From assembly GCA_963666345.1 (NCBI GenBank), contig OY762721.1:3808001-3872000 (forward strand): a DNA stretch of 64,000 nt, in the 5' to 3' direction. The number at the start of each line of letters is the position of its first letter. Position 1 is the first letter of the stretch. Source of the DNA: Desulfatiglandales bacterium (GTDB lineage Bacteria; Desulfobacterota; DSM-4660; Desulfatiglandales; Desulfatiglandaceae). This document shows positions 29,797-40,261 of the stretch, piece by piece. The notes under the pieces were generated by a model that saw only the letters and a list, made by a program, of their open reading frames with translations, was not told the origin of the DNA and did not search any database. Position numbers and translations under genes: made by a program.

Positions 29797-31017
29797 TCAA
29801 GACGCGCCAATAAAGCTGTCAATCATCTCATGACCATTTTCAAAGAAAAGCCCTGATTTGACGGCCTCTTTTTCTGAAAAGGGCCTGTTCTTTGCAGCCT
29901 TGCCGAGTTCCCTTTTGCTGGCCCATGCAAAAGGTGCCGGTTCAGATGTATGGGTTTTTTTGATGACAGGGGTGAAGTGATCACTTGCAACGGCTATCCT
30001 GTAATCATCGAATCGGGCCAATCCCTTGAGCGCGGTACCCACCACCTTTTTATCGAAATCCTGGATCGCCTTTATCTTGTCTTTAAAACTTCCATTATGT
30101 CCCGCCTCATCGGGGGCCTCCACATGGACGAAAACAAAGTCCAGTTCATCAAGACCCTTGAGCGCTGATTCCGCCTTGCCAAGGTAGTTTGTGTCAAGAT
30201 ATCCGGTTGCTCCTTTCACATCGATGGTGCAAAAACCGGCGTAGATGCCAATCCCTTTAAGAAGGTCCACAGCGGAGATTACACCACCCTTAAGCCCGTA
30301 TTTTTTCTCAAAGAGCGGAAGCGTAGGGGCCTTTCCCTCTCCCCAGAGCCAGATGGAATTTGCGGCTGAAAGACCTCTTTCGGCCCTGCTGATATTGACA
30401 GGGTGATCCTTCAGAAGAGGCCATGAGCTTCGTATGATCCCGGGGATCGGATCTTCACCGTTTCCGTTCAGGTATGAGGCCATATCCTGATCCAGGACGT
30501 CATGAGGAGGTATGGTCAGGAGGTTTTCAGGCCCCTTTTTCCATACAAGAAGGTGGCGATAGGCAACACCGGCATAAATCACCGCATCCCTGATTACCAG
30601 TTCATCTGTCAGCGTTTCAACGATGCACCTTGCTTCCGGAGTGGTTATATCCCCTGAGCTGTGGCTCTTCATTACTATCTTACCGCCCTGGCCCCAGTTC
30701 AGGGTAACCAGATTCATCCTGAATGCCATATCATCCTGCCTAAGATTTACTCCCATGCTTGCTGCCTCAAACGGGGATCTTCCGGTATGATAGCGTCCGG
30801 GATCATAGCCCAGAAGACTCAGGTTGGCCACATCGCTTCCTGGTTCCATCCCCTCCGGGATGGTCTTGAGTCTGCCTATCCTGCAAGAGGCTATGCGATC
30901 CATGTTGGGAGTGTGCGCGGCCTCAAGCGGGGTTTTTCCCCCAAGTTCGGAGATGGGGTAATCGGCCATTCCGTCACCGACAAGAAACAGGTGTTTTGTC
31001 TTTTGGTCTGAGGTCAT
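29797..31017 (-). CDS. apgM: Cofactor-independent phosphoglycerate mutase, ApgM family
   Basis: GDGMAD, TPLEAA, PGSDVAN, HVEAPDEAGH, DHFTP. Confidence 0.9.
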   Translation of the reverse strand: MTSDQKTKHLFLVGDGMADYPISELGGKTPLEAAHTPNMDRIASCRIGRLKTIPEGMEPGSDVANLSLLGYDPGRYHTGRSPFEAASMGVNLRQDDMAFRMNLVTLNWGQGGKIVMKSHSSGDITTPEARCIVETLTDELVIRDAVIYAGVAYRHLLVWKKGPENLLTIPPHDVLDQDMASYLNGNGEDPIPGIIRSSWPLLKDHPVNISRAERGLSAANSIWLWGEGKAPTLPLFEKKYGLKGGVISAVDLLKGIGIYAGFCTIDVKGATGYLDTNYLGKAESALKGLDELDFVFVHVEAPDEAGHNGSFKDKIKAIQDFDKKVVGTALKGLARFDDYRIAVASDHFTPVIKKTHTSEPAPFAWASKRELGKAAKNRPFSEKEAVKSGLFFENGHEMIDSFIGAS

Positions 31018-31061
31018 GTCTATTTCACTATGGAAAGCCCGGTCCTTGGGGTCGGGTTTTT

Positions 31062-32384
31062 TTATTGATTATTATCGTGTCGTTGTCTTTCAACCCTTAT
31101 CATTATGGTCTTGGCGGTCAGCACATCAAGCTCTTCCATCATTGAAAGGGCCTTTCTCACATCCTTTTCTTTTGCCTCGTGCGTCATCATTACAACAGGC
31201 ACGGAGCCGTTCAGATCCCTGCCTTTCTGAATAACCGAATAGAGACTTATATTGTTTCGTCCCAGGACACCTGAGATCTTAGAGAGAACCCCGGGCCTGT
31301 CAATGGCTGAAAATCTGAAATAGTAGGGGGAACGTAGTTCCTCCAGAGGCTGAATCCCGGCCCTTTTTTCAGAACATCTGGCATGGGCCAGCGGCAGCAT
31401 GAAACCTCTTATCCCCAGCCTGATCTGCCTTGCGAGCTCTATGATATCGGAGGCCACAGCGCTTCCCGTTGGCTTTTTCCCCGCCCCCAGGCCGTAGAAT
31501 AGATTAGGACCGACAAAATCACCTTCAAGGTAAATCGCATTAAATGCATCATTGACATTGGCGAGGATGTGGTCTTTTGGAATCATGACTGGATGAACCC
31601 TTGCCTCGACCATGTCTCCCTGGTTTCTAGCGATTGCGAGAAGTTTCAGGCTGTAGCCGAATTCTGTTCCATACCCGATATCATCCGGCGTGATTTCCGT
31701 GATCCCCTCCCTGTAGATATCATTGAAAGATACGGGATAGCCGAGTATGAGAGAAGTGAGTATGGCGATCTTGTGCGCGGCGTCAGTCCCGTCGACATCC
31801 AGATCCGGAGGGTCCTCCGCAAACCCCAGTTTGACTGCTTCACCGACCGCCTCGGAGTAGGTTATGCCATCCTGCGTCATCTTTGTGAGAATATAGTTGG
31901 AGGTCCCGTTCAATATGCCCATTATTGTCCGGATCCGATTGGCGGAAAGGCCTCTTCTCAATGCCCCGATTATGGGGATGCCCCCCCCGACGCTTGCTTC
32001 AAAACCAATACTTACACCCGCTTCTTCCGCCTTCTTATAAATTTCCTGCCCGCATTCGGCAAGGAGAGCCTTGTTGGCGGTGACCACGTGTTTACCTTTG
32101 TCCATCGCCTCAAGGATAAACTCCTTTGCCTTTGTAAGACCGCCTACAAGCTCAACCACCACATGGATATCAGGATCATTTATGATATCCATGGCGTCCC
32201 GGGTCAGCATACTCTTTTCTACCGGAATCCCCCTGTCGGTTACAATGTCGAGGTCGGCGATTTTCTTGACCGCCACTTCGGCACCAACCCGGTTGGCTAT
32301 GACATCCCGGTTGGAAAAAAGGACCTCGCAGGTGCCTGCGCCTACCGTTCCAAACCCGATTATCCCAATGTTTATCTTTTCCAT
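31062..32384 (-). CDS. hom: Homoserine dehydrogenase with C-terminal ACT domain
   Basis: GFGTVG, VTANKA, EASVGGGIP, NGTSNYIL, DRPGVLSKI. Confidence 0.96.
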   Translation of the reverse strand: MEKINIGIIGFGTVGAGTCEVLFSNRDVIANRVGAEVAVKKIADLDIVTDRGIPVEKSMLTRDAMDIINDPDIHVVVELVGGLTKAKEFILEAMDKGKHVVTANKALLAECGQEIYKKAEEAGVSIGFEASVGGGIPIIGALRRGLSANRIRTIMGILNGTSNYILTKMTQDGITYSEAVGEAVKLGFAEDPPDLDVDGTDAAHKIAILTSLILGYPVSFNDIYREGITEITPDDIGYGTEFGYSLKLLAIARNQGDMVEARVHPVMIPKDHILANVNDAFNAIYLEGDFVGPNLFYGLGAGKKPTGSAVASDIIELARQIRLGIRGFMLPLAHARCSEKRAGIQPLEELRSPYYFRFSAIDRPGVLSKISGVLGRNNISLYSVIQKGRDLNGSVPVVMMTHEAKEKDVRKALSMMEELDVLTAKTIMIRVERQRHDNNQ

Positions 32385-32495
32385 CACTTCCATCCCGGTG
32401 AGGTTCAAAAAATCTTGAATTAAAATTTATCAGGCCTCTTCATATCCGTTTAACAGGGGGATCATGAGAGTCGCTGTGCAGCAGACAGGAGGCCT

Positions 32496-33668
32496 TCAAC
32501 CCTGCATTATCTGTCTTATACCTCTTACTGCCTGGTTTATGCGGTGATGGTTTTCCACGAGTGCGAAACGGACATATTCATCTCCGTACTCTCCGAAACC
32601 CTTTCCAGGGGATACGGCAACCTTTGCCTCTTTTATCATCATCTCAGAGAAGGCTATCGACCCCATTTTCCTGAACTGCTCGGGCAATTTGGCCCATACG
32701 AACATGGTCCCCTTCGGCTTCTCCACCTCCCAGCCGACCCGGTTCAACCCGTTCACCAGGGCATCACGCCTCTCCCTGTAGACGTCCACTATCTCGTTGA
32801 CGCAATTATCCGGACCGTTGAGAGCAATGATCGCTGCTATCTGTATAGGTTGAAACATGCCGTAGTCAAGATAGCTTTTTATCCTTCTCAGGGCTGCCAC
32901 CATCTCCGGATTACCCACGCAGAATCCGACACGCCATCCGGCCATGGAATAGCTTTTTGTGAGACTGTATGTCTCGACTCCAATGTCCTTTGCCCCGGGT
33001 ATCTCAAGAAAACTGGGGGGCTTGTACCCGTCGAATACCAGATCCGCGTATGCAAAGTCGTGAATGACCATCATATTATGCTCTTTGCAGAAGTCCACTA
33101 TCTTTTCAAAGAACTCCCTTTCCACCACCTCTGTCGTGGGGTTATGCGGATAGGATACGATAAGCATCTTTGGACTGGGCCAGGTCTGTTTGGTTGCGTT
33201 CAGCAGGTCTTCAAAAAAATCCCTGTCAGGGCCTATGGGAATGCTTCTCAGATCACCTCCTGCTATAATCACAGAATAGGGGTGAATAGGATATGTGGGG
33301 TTGGGTGCAAACACCACATCTCCCGGGCTGATGGTTGCCAGTACCAGGTGGGCAAGACCTTCTTTTGATCCGATAGTCACTATAGCTTCGTCATCCGGGT
33401 CAAGATCCACGTCAAAACGCCTTTTGTACCAGCTGCATATGGCTTGACGAAGCTTGGTTATCCCCTTGGAAGCGGAATAACGATGATTCTGACCCTTCCG
33501 GGCGGCTTCAACGAGTTTTTCAACTATATGTTTGGGGGTAGGGATGTCGGGGTTACCCATTCCCAGATCTATTATATCCTCGCCTCTGTGCCTTGCCTCC
33601 ATCTTGATTTTATCCACGGCGGCAAAGACATAGCGGGGGAGCCTGTCCATCCTTCTGAATTCATGCAT
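32496..33668 (-). CDS. Class I/II PLP aminotransferase (AlaC/YfdZ-like)
   Basis: [33 protein letters not shown]. Confidence 0.92.
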   Translation of the reverse strand: MHEFRRMDRLPRYVFAAVDKIKMEARHRGEDIIDLGMGNPDIPTPKHIVEKLVEAARKGQNHRYSASKGITKLRQAICSWYKRRFDVDLDPDDEAIVTIGSKEGLAHLVLATISPGDVVFAPNPTYPIHPYSVIIAGGDLRSIPIGPDRDFFEDLLNATKQTWPSPKMLIVSYPHNPTTEVVEREFFEKIVDFCKEHNMMVIHDFAYADLVFDGYKPPSFLEIPGAKDIGVETYSLTKSYSMAGWRVGFCVGNPEMVAALRRIKSYLDYGMFQPIQIAAIIALNGPDNCVNEIVDVYRERRDALVNGLNRVGWEVEKPKGTMFVWAKLPEQFRKMGSIAFSEMMIKEAKVAVSPGKGFGEYGDEYVRFALVENHHRINQAVRGIRQIMQG

Positions 33669-33851
33669 AGCGTCCTAACTCCTTGACATAATATTAAGGC
33701 CACGTGCCTTGTGTCTTAATGATTTTTTCCCTTTGTAACGAAACAAGGCCGATATTATAACGGCCTTAACCCAATAACGACTTTGTTTGAGTTTCGTACA
33801 CTATACCAGAGCAGAGAAAAAATCAAAAACTAAGTGAGGTATGGGGGCCGC

Positions 33852-34259
33852 TCATAAATTATCAGGTATGACGGACCTGGTTATCTTTTCCATTTCTGAA
33901 ATAACCGAGGCATCCTGTCTTGAAGGGGCAACCCTCTTTTTATATTCCAGTACCACGATTTCGGCTACGATATCATTGAACCTGAGAGTGCCGCGCTCCC
34001 TTTCAGCCTTTTCCCCGGCCTTCGAAAGGATTTCGACTATCTCCTCTTCCTTGTGCTGTATCCTTGTCGTGAGGGCCTTTAGATAAAGCTCCTGTTTACT
34101 AAGTCCGGGATTGGCCTTTTTGACCGTGTTAAAGGCCATCAACTGCTGCTTTGCTATCATTTTCGCAAAGGCATGAGGATTTTTCGGGGAAGACTTCACG
34201 CCCAGTATTATGAGACAAAGCACTACCGCCGAGATAATGACAACTACGATGCTAATCAT
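33852..34259 (-). CDS. Hypothetical membrane-anchored protein
   Basis: N-terminal hydrophobic helix; overlaps the stop of the upstream ORF. Confidence 0.65.
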   Translation of the reverse strand: MISIVVVIISAVVLCLIILGVKSSPKNPHAFAKMIAKQQLMAFNTVKKANPGLSKQELYLKALTTRIQHKEEEIVEILSKAGEKAERERGTLRFNDIVAEIVVLEYKKRVAPSRQDASVISEMEKITRSVIPDNL

Positions 34260-34662
34260 CCTTTTTTTCTTCTACCTCTTTTTGCATCTTGAAATCGTCA
34301 AGTCCGTCCCTCCAGCTGAGCATTGAGGAATCGCATTCCAGACCCGGTGTGGAAGGCGGAATGTATGGTGGTTTCTTTTCTAAAAAGGGGTCGAGGGCGT
34401 GTCCCTTCATAAAACCCCATTTCCACCTGGCGAATCTCAAAACCTGAAGCAGCAGATAGGGTCCGAATACAAAAAAATAGAATATCCACATGTTGCCCCT
34501 GAGAAGGGCGCGAAGCGAGTCATATCCCTCTACAAGGGATTCATTCCTGGGCATTTCGCCGAAAATCGCCAGAATGAGTATGAACGTGGTGGGAATAATC
34601 ACCGCCCCAAAGGAGATGGCGCAGATGAATATCAACGATTCGTTTGCAAGTTTCTTTTTCAT
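34252..34662 (-). CDS. Hypothetical membrane protein
   Basis: Two hydrophobic segments; purine-rich RBS. Confidence 0.6.
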   Translation of the reverse strand: MKKKLANESLIFICAISFGAVIIPTTFILILAIFGEMPRNESLVEGYDSLRALLRGNMWIFYFFVFGPYLLLQVLRFARWKWGFMKGHALDPFLEKKPPYIPPSTPGLECDSSMLSWRDGLDDFKMQKEVEEKKDD

Positions 34663-34753
34663 GTCCCTTTTTCCTATTTTTATCCGGACTAGTCAACTTT
34701 TTTGGATGAATCTGACCTGTCGGGTATATAATCCTGTATGTAAAAATGTCTGT

Positions 34754-35062
34754 CGCTCCGGCACCGGCAATTTTTCTCCGGCCTTCTCTATACCTTACGG
34801 AAAGGTGTCCGCATCCCCGGGCTTTTGCAGGCGTTACCTTGGCTGACAGGGCACCCGGGAAAGAAAGCCTGTCTGCGGCCACTATTGCTTCCTGTGGTAT
34901 TTTTTTGTGAGAGAAGACCGGAAAAAGTGCCCCGGCACCTGCGCTCGTTAGTGAGGCAGGCAGAGATATTAAAAAAACGGTCGGTTGGCTTTTCCCGCAT
35001 TTCACGTCTTTCTCTCCCACTTATAACCGGTAACGAATAACGGTGTCCGATCAGGTGGCGGT
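34754..35062 (+). repeat. Dispersed ~290-bp structured repeat, copy 2 (permuted end points)
   Basis: Starts mid-unit (ctccggcaccggca) and continues through the unit junction to tataaccggtaacgaataac. Confidence 0.9.
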
Positions 35063-35063
35063 C

Positions 35064-35092
35064 TTGACACTCAGCCCCCTTTTTTCTATGCT
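35064..35092 (+). promoter_or_regulatory. Putative sigma70 promoter for the IscU-like gene
   Basis: TTGACA-17 nt-TATGCT. Confidence 0.65.
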
Positions 35093-35173
35093 CACCTGAT
35101 CTGTCAATCGATCCAGAAACCGTGAAATTTGAGCAGAGGACGGAATAAACCCAATAGCAGGGAAAGATGTTTT

Positions 35174-35578
35174 ATGGGAAGAAATGAAGGTGGTTTCGAT
35201 TTTCTGCAGGATCACTCTATGCGCTATCTGGAAATGGCACTCAGGACCGACAGGTGCGAAAGGCCCGAAAATGCCGATGGATACGGCAAAAAGAAGGGGG
35301 AGTGCGGTGATACTGTGGAGATGTTTATCAGCATTAAAGACGCCCGCATAATTGCGATCAGCTTCATGACCGACGGGTGCATGAGCACAAATGCGTGTGC
35401 CAATACGGTCGCTCAGCTTGCTGAAGGCAGGGGCATGGAGGAGGCCTGGGAGATTACACCTGAAGATCTATCAGGGTATCTTGAGACACTGCCTCGGGAG
35501 AATTTCCATTGTGCCGAACTGGCCGTTGGGACCTTTTACATGGCCCTTGCCGATGCCGGCAGAAAATCGAATCCCTGA
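35174..35578 (+). CDS. IscU/NifU-like Fe-S scaffold protein
   Basis: GECGDTV, DGCMSTNAC, HCAELAV. Confidence 0.85.
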   Translation: MGRNEGGFDFLQDHSMRYLEMALRTDRCERPENADGYGKKKGECGDTVEMFISIKDARIIAISFMTDGCMSTNACANTVAQLAEGRGMEEAWEITPEDLSGYLETLPRENFHCAELAVGTFYMALADAGRKSNP

Positions 35579-35649
35579 TGCATGGAACCCGCCATGGGAA
35601 AAAGCCGAATCGGCTTTTCTTTTTTTAATCCATAAACGAGGCCGGCCTT

Positions 35650-36783
35650 ATGGCGGACGATATCTACCGAAGATTGGCATTATACCTTGACAGCCTTCCG
35701 GGTGGATTTCCATCTACTGAAAGCGGTGTGGAAATACGTATACTGCAAAGACTTTTCAGCCCCATGGAAGCGGACCTTGCGATGCATTTGACCCTTATAC
35801 CGGAGGAATCCAAGGTTATCGCCGCAAGGGCCGGCATGACTGTTGAAGAGGCCGAAAAACGGCTGGAGCAGATGGCCTTGAAGGGACTGCTTTTCAGGAT
35901 AGAGCTGAAAAGACGGCCGCCCCTTTATATGTCCGCCCAGTATGTTATCGGTATATGGGAATATCACCTGAACGACCTTGACCCACAGCTTATAAGGGAT
36001 ATGAATGAATATATACCGACCCTGTTTGATCTTAAGGCATGGAAAAAGGCCCCTCAGCTGCGAACCATACCTGTCAATAAAAGCCTGACCGTCCGGCAGG
36101 ACATTATGCACTATGAAGATGCAAGAGAGCTTGTTACCTCCAAAAGGAAGATCATTGTCGCACCCTGTATCTGCAGGCGGGAGCACAAGATGATAGGTGA
36201 AGGATGCGGAAAAGAGGATGAGACATGCCTTGTATTTGGATTGGGTGCCGAATATTATCACAAAAACGGCCTGGGACGCTTCATAGACAGCACTGAGGCC
36301 CTTGAGATACTTGAAAAGGCCGATAAGGAGGCCCTGGTTCTTCAGCCCAGTAACGCAAAGAAGATCGTCAATATCTGCTGCTGTTGCGGTTGCTGCTGTC
36401 AGGTTTTAAGGAGTTTCAAACGATACCCGAGACCATCCGATCTGGTGTCATCTCCCTTCAGGGCGGAACTCAAGACGGCTGACTGCGAGGGGTGCGGGGT
36501 CTGTGTCGAACGCTGTCAGATGGATGCATTGAGGCTTGAACAAGGCGTGGCGGTCCTTGACGGCGACAGGTGTATAGGCTGTGGCCTCTGCGTCACTACC
36601 TGTCCTACCGGCGCATTAAAGCTGGTGCGTAAGCCTGAGAAGGATCAGCCCAGGGTCCCCGGAAATATGACGGAGGCCTATATAAGGCTTGGAAAGGCCA
36701 GGGGAAAAATGAGCAACACGAGCCTTGTTAAGATGCAGCTTAAATCAAAACTCGACAGGCTTATGGCATCAGGTAAAAAATAA
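35650..36783 (+). CDS. 4Fe-4S dicluster protein with N-terminal wHTH-like region
   Basis: CICR, NICCCCGCCC, CEGCGVCVERC, CIGCGLCVTTCP. Confidence 0.85.
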   Translation: MADDIYRRLALYLDSLPGGFPSTESGVEIRILQRLFSPMEADLAMHLTLIPEESKVIAARAGMTVEEAEKRLEQMALKGLLFRIELKRRPPLYMSAQYVIGIWEYHLNDLDPQLIRDMNEYIPTLFDLKAWKKAPQLRTIPVNKSLTVRQDIMHYEDARELVTSKRKIIVAPCICRREHKMIGEGCGKEDETCLVFGLGAEYYHKNGLGRFIDSTEALEILEKADKEALVLQPSNAKKIVNICCCCGCCCQVLRSFKRYPRPSDLVSSPFRAELKTADCEGCGVCVERCQMDALRLEQGVAVLDGDRCIGCGLCVTTCPTGALKLVRKPEKDQPRVPGNMTEAYIRLGKARGKMSNTSLVKMQLKSKLDRLMASGKK

Positions 36784-36788
36784 TTATT

Positions 36789-37940
36789 TTGAGAAAGGTT
36801 TATGTTTTGACTCCTGTTTCCATCGTTAGGTGTAAAAGTTATGATCCTGATGCGGTCGATGAGGCGGTGCGCCGGGCAACCGAACTGCTGGGAGGTATAT
36901 CCAGATATGTAAAAAAGGGGGACAGGGTGCTCTTAAAGCCTAATCTGCTTTCCGCGCGCAAGCCTGAGAAGAGAGTGACTACCGATCCTGAAGTAGTTCG
37001 TGCCGTGGCCATGATGGTAATTGAGGCGGGCGGAAAACCTTTTATCGGAGACAGCCCCGGCATAGATTCGTTCAAGCGGGTTGCCGTAAAATCAGGTATG
37101 GCAGGGGTAGCGGAAAGACTTTCGATTGAATGTGTGGAATTGAGAGATCCAAGGCCTGTGGGCGCGATTGAAGGGGCTGAGTTCAAAAATCTGGAGATAG
37201 CTTCCCAGGCGCTTGAGGCCGATGTGGTTATCAATCTTCCCAAGCTTAAGGCCCACTGCCAGATGGGTCTCACCCTGGGCGTCAAGAACCTCTTCGGTAC
37301 CATAGTGGCGCAGAGAAAGGCTGAATGGCACCACATGGCAGGTGTTGACAGGGACATCTTCGCCTCACTTCTGCTGGACATCTACAGGGGCGTCGGTCCT
37401 TCCCTGACAATAGTCGACGGTGTTTGGGGGATGGAGGGAAACGGACCTTCAAACGGAATCCCCCGGAAACTCGATATGATTGCGGCATCAGAGGACTGTG
37501 TGGCTCTTGATATGGCCGTATGCAGTATACTGAGGGTGCCTTTATCTTCATTTCCTCTGTACAGGGCTGCCAGAAAAAGGGGTATCGGTGAGACCAACCT
37601 TCAGGGAATAGAATTCAGAGGGGATTCGCCTGATTCTCTTTCCGTCAAAGATTTCATCGTCCCGGAGCTGGATTCATTGAACCTGCTGCCTGGCGGGTTT
37701 GACTGGTTTACCAAGCGTTTTCTCGTTTCAAAACCTGTTCAGGATGATGGAAGGTGCGTAAGGTGCGGGCAGTGCGCCGAGATCTGTCCGGTTGATGCGA
37801 TAGAGGTGGGTGAAAAACATTTCCACATGGATTACGACAGGTGCATTCGCTGTTACTGCTGCCAGGAGATATGCCCGCAAGATGCCATCAGGTTCAGAAA
37901 AGGGCTCCTGGTGAGGTTCCTGAACCGCATAAGTCGTTGA
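36789..37940 (+). CDS. DUF362 domain protein with C-terminal ferredoxin
   Basis: VLLKPNLL, TTDP, INLPKLKAH, KNLFG, MEGNGP, two CxxCxxCxxxCP motifs. Confidence 0.9.
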   Translation: MRKVYVLTPVSIVRCKSYDPDAVDEAVRRATELLGGISRYVKKGDRVLLKPNLLSARKPEKRVTTDPEVVRAVAMMVIEAGGKPFIGDSPGIDSFKRVAVKSGMAGVAERLSIECVELRDPRPVGAIEGAEFKNLEIASQALEADVVINLPKLKAHCQMGLTLGVKNLFGTIVAQRKAEWHHMAGVDRDIFASLLLDIYRGVGPSLTIVDGVWGMEGNGPSNGIPRKLDMIAASEDCVALDMAVCSILRVPLSSFPLYRAARKRGIGETNLQGIEFRGDSPDSLSVKDFIVPELDSLNLLPGGFDWFTKRFLVSKPVQDDGRCVRCGQCAEICPVDAIEVGEKHFHMDYDRCIRCYCCQEICPQDAIRFRKGLLVRFLNRISR

Positions 37941-38024
37941 CGTTGATCGGAGGCAAGGTCCGAACATATTAGCCAGGTGGGTATTCAGGCGCTGCACGCT
38001 TTAACCTGATTTCGTGAGCCGTTT

Positions 38025-39215
38025 TTATCCCAACCAATCCCTTTTAAGCCTGGAAAACCCGCCTTGCCTGATTGCGCTTCGGATGTCTTTCATGAGGGCT
38101 TCAACAAAGTAATGATTATGGATGGCGGCGAGCCTTGGAGCCAGCAGCTCTTTTGCCATGAAAAGATGCCTGAGATATGCCTTTGTATAGTTCATGCAGG
38201 TGTAACAGGCGCAACCCTCTTCTATGGGCGAGAGGTCCTCTCTGAAAGCCGAGTTCAAGATGTTTATCCTGAACCGTTTTGATCTCCTGTTGAAGAGTGT
38301 GCCGATACGTGCCATAAGAGAAGGCGTTATGCAGTCAAACATATCGATCCCCCTTTCAACCACCTCGAATATGTCCTCAATCTCTCCGATACCGAGCAGG
38401 TGCCTCGGCTTTTCAGGGTCAAGATTCGGCAGGGTCCAGTCAAGGATCCTATGCATATCCTCTTTGGATTTTCCCAGTGAACCCCCTATGGCGTAGCCGT
38501 CGAAACCCAGGCTCGAGATGAAGGTGCTGCTCTTTTCCCTGAGATCCCTGTAGGGACCTCCCTGGACAATTCCGAAAAGGGACTGCGAAGGGGCCGAAAG
38601 CTCATCGAATTTTTCAAGCGAGCGAAGCGCCCATCGATGGGTACGATTCAGGGCGGACAGGGTGTGTCCGTAGCTGTGGAGAGGTGAGGTGCATTCGTCC
38701 AGCACCAGGATGATGTCGGCTCCCAGCCTGGTTTCTATCTCTATTACATGCTCAGGCGTAAAAAAATGAACTGATCCGTCCAGATAGGAGCGAAATTCCA
38801 CTCCATCTTCTCCCACTTTTACCAGGGGGCCTTTACCCTCAATGGACCTCTGTTTGAGTCCTGTTTGTTCCGGAAAAACAGATGCGATCTTGCCCACACC
38901 CTGTTCCCTTCCGGCGCCCAGACTGAAAATCTGAAATCCGCCGGAATCCGTCATAAGAGGACCTTTCCATCTCATAAAGGGGTGAAGACCGCCCATCCGC
39001 TCGATCAATCCCTCTCCCGGCCTGAGGTGCAGATGGTAGGTGTTTGCTATTATCACCCTGGTCCCCGTCAGTTCGAGATCAGCGGGGCAAAGACCCCTTA
39101 CTGCACCCAGCGTCCCCACGGCAACATATGACGGCGTGTCGATTATTCCATGGGGTGTTATTATCTTGCCGGCCCTTGCCCTGCTTTCCGTGGAAAGGAT
39201 CCTGAATGAACTCAT
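38025..39215 (-). CDS. tgt: tRNA-guanine transglycosylase
   Basis: NTYHL, TDSGGFQ, LDEC, VQGG, IGGSLG, HLLGIG, DMFDC, CACYTC...H zinc site. Confidence 0.95.
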   Translation of the reverse strand: MSSFRILSTESRARAGKIITPHGIIDTPSYVAVGTLGAVRGLCPADLELTGTRVIIANTYHLHLRPGEGLIERMGGLHPFMRWKGPLMTDSGGFQIFSLGAGREQGVGKIASVFPEQTGLKQRSIEGKGPLVKVGEDGVEFRSYLDGSVHFFTPEHVIEIETRLGADIILVLDECTSPLHSYGHTLSALNRTHRWALRSLEKFDELSAPSQSLFGIVQGGPYRDLREKSSTFISSLGFDGYAIGGSLGKSKEDMHRILDWTLPNLDPEKPRHLLGIGEIEDIFEVVERGIDMFDCITPSLMARIGTLFNRRSKRFRINILNSAFREDLSPIEEGCACYTCMNYTKAYLRHLFMAKELLAPRLAAIHNHYFVEALMKDIRSAIRQGGFSRLKRDWLG

Positions 39216-40177
39216 CAGTAGAAAACGCCTATGGTCCTGTGGTACGGTTTTATCCTGTAGTCATCGGTCTGCCCGAGATTCCATAAAATCCAGTCTATGT
39301 CAAATGCTTTCAATCTTGTCCCTCTCTGCTTCAGCCGTCTCATTATCAACTCTGAAGCCCATATGGTGTTTGCCCTTATCTCGACTTCTTCCCGGCTTCC
39401 CGGCTCCAGTAGAATCATATGTTCAACCTTCCTGGCAAGTTCGGGGGAGTATGCCAGGATATCCAGATGCCTGAGTACCTGGGGAAGTTTGTAGTCGGCA
39501 AAGACCGTGAGGCTGTCGATGTCGGTAAACCTGCCCCATTTTTTCCCCTTGAAGGCGCCGCATATATCGGCTGAGATGATCTGGGCTCTCTTGTAAAAAA
39601 AGACCCGCCTGTGTTTAAAAATCGCCTCATCGCGATAAGAGAAAAGCTCTTTTGCAAGGTTCCTGGCAAGACAAAGCGCGGAGTTTCCAGCTTCCTCGAC
39701 AATCCCTGCGGCCCTGCCCTGATACTTCTTAAGGAGAAGGAGCCCGAGTTCATTCAGCGCTCCCACTCTTTCGTCAAGGAGTTGAAGCCGGCCTTCAGTG
39801 CCGAATATCTTTTGTAACCCTTGTGTGTCAAGAGAAGTGAGAAATTCCGCATCGTCCATAGGTACGCCCGATTCCATCGCATTTTTCAGCGCTGCTGCAA
39901 GGGCGTTGTAACCTGAAAGGTTTTTCCCTCCATATCTGAAGGTCCATGGTTTTTGATCCGGGCCGGGCCAGAAGCAGAAGTTGATTGTGTCAAGCGCCAG
40001 GAGGTAGGCAACGGTTTTCTCCGAGCCGTCATAGAAGTGATGCCTGTAATCCCATGGAGGTGCTTTAAGTGAGCCGGAATCAAGCCTTTTAACGAATCTA
40101 TCCAGCGCCTTTATGTTTATACGGACCAGGCTTCCATTTTCGGCAACAAATTCGGCTGATTCCAGGACTTCCTGCAT
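39215..40177 (-). CDS. Queuosine salvage hydrolase (Qng1/DUF2419 family)
   Basis: LDTINFCFW, GY, FYKRAQI, LTVFADYKLPQVL, EVEIRA, IDWILW, PYHRTIGVFY. Confidence 0.92.
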   Translation of the reverse strand: MQEVLESAEFVAENGSLVRINIKALDRFVKRLDSGSLKAPPWDYRHHFYDGSEKTVAYLLALDTINFCFWPGPDQKPWTFRYGGKNLSGYNALAAALKNAMESGVPMDDAEFLTSLDTQGLQKIFGTEGRLQLLDERVGALNELGLLLLKKYQGRAAGIVEEAGNSALCLARNLAKELFSYRDEAIFKHRRVFFYKRAQIISADICGAFKGKKWGRFTDIDSLTVFADYKLPQVLRHLDILAYSPELARKVEHMILLEPGSREEVEIRANTIWASELIMRRLKQRGTRLKAFDIDWILWNLGQTDDYRIKPYHRTIGVFY

Positions 40178-40261
40178 GGTTTAGGAGTCTTTCCCTCCTT
40201 TATTTTTTATCAAATCACAATCATTTTTATAACATTTTTGGCTGGATAGGGAAAGAAGAGA

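Noticed and set aside
33695..33770. Second ANTAR-like hairpin (cac-aaggcac-gtg) upstream of the aminotransferase
   Set aside because: 7-nt loop, no convincing partner hairpin and no overlapping terminator.
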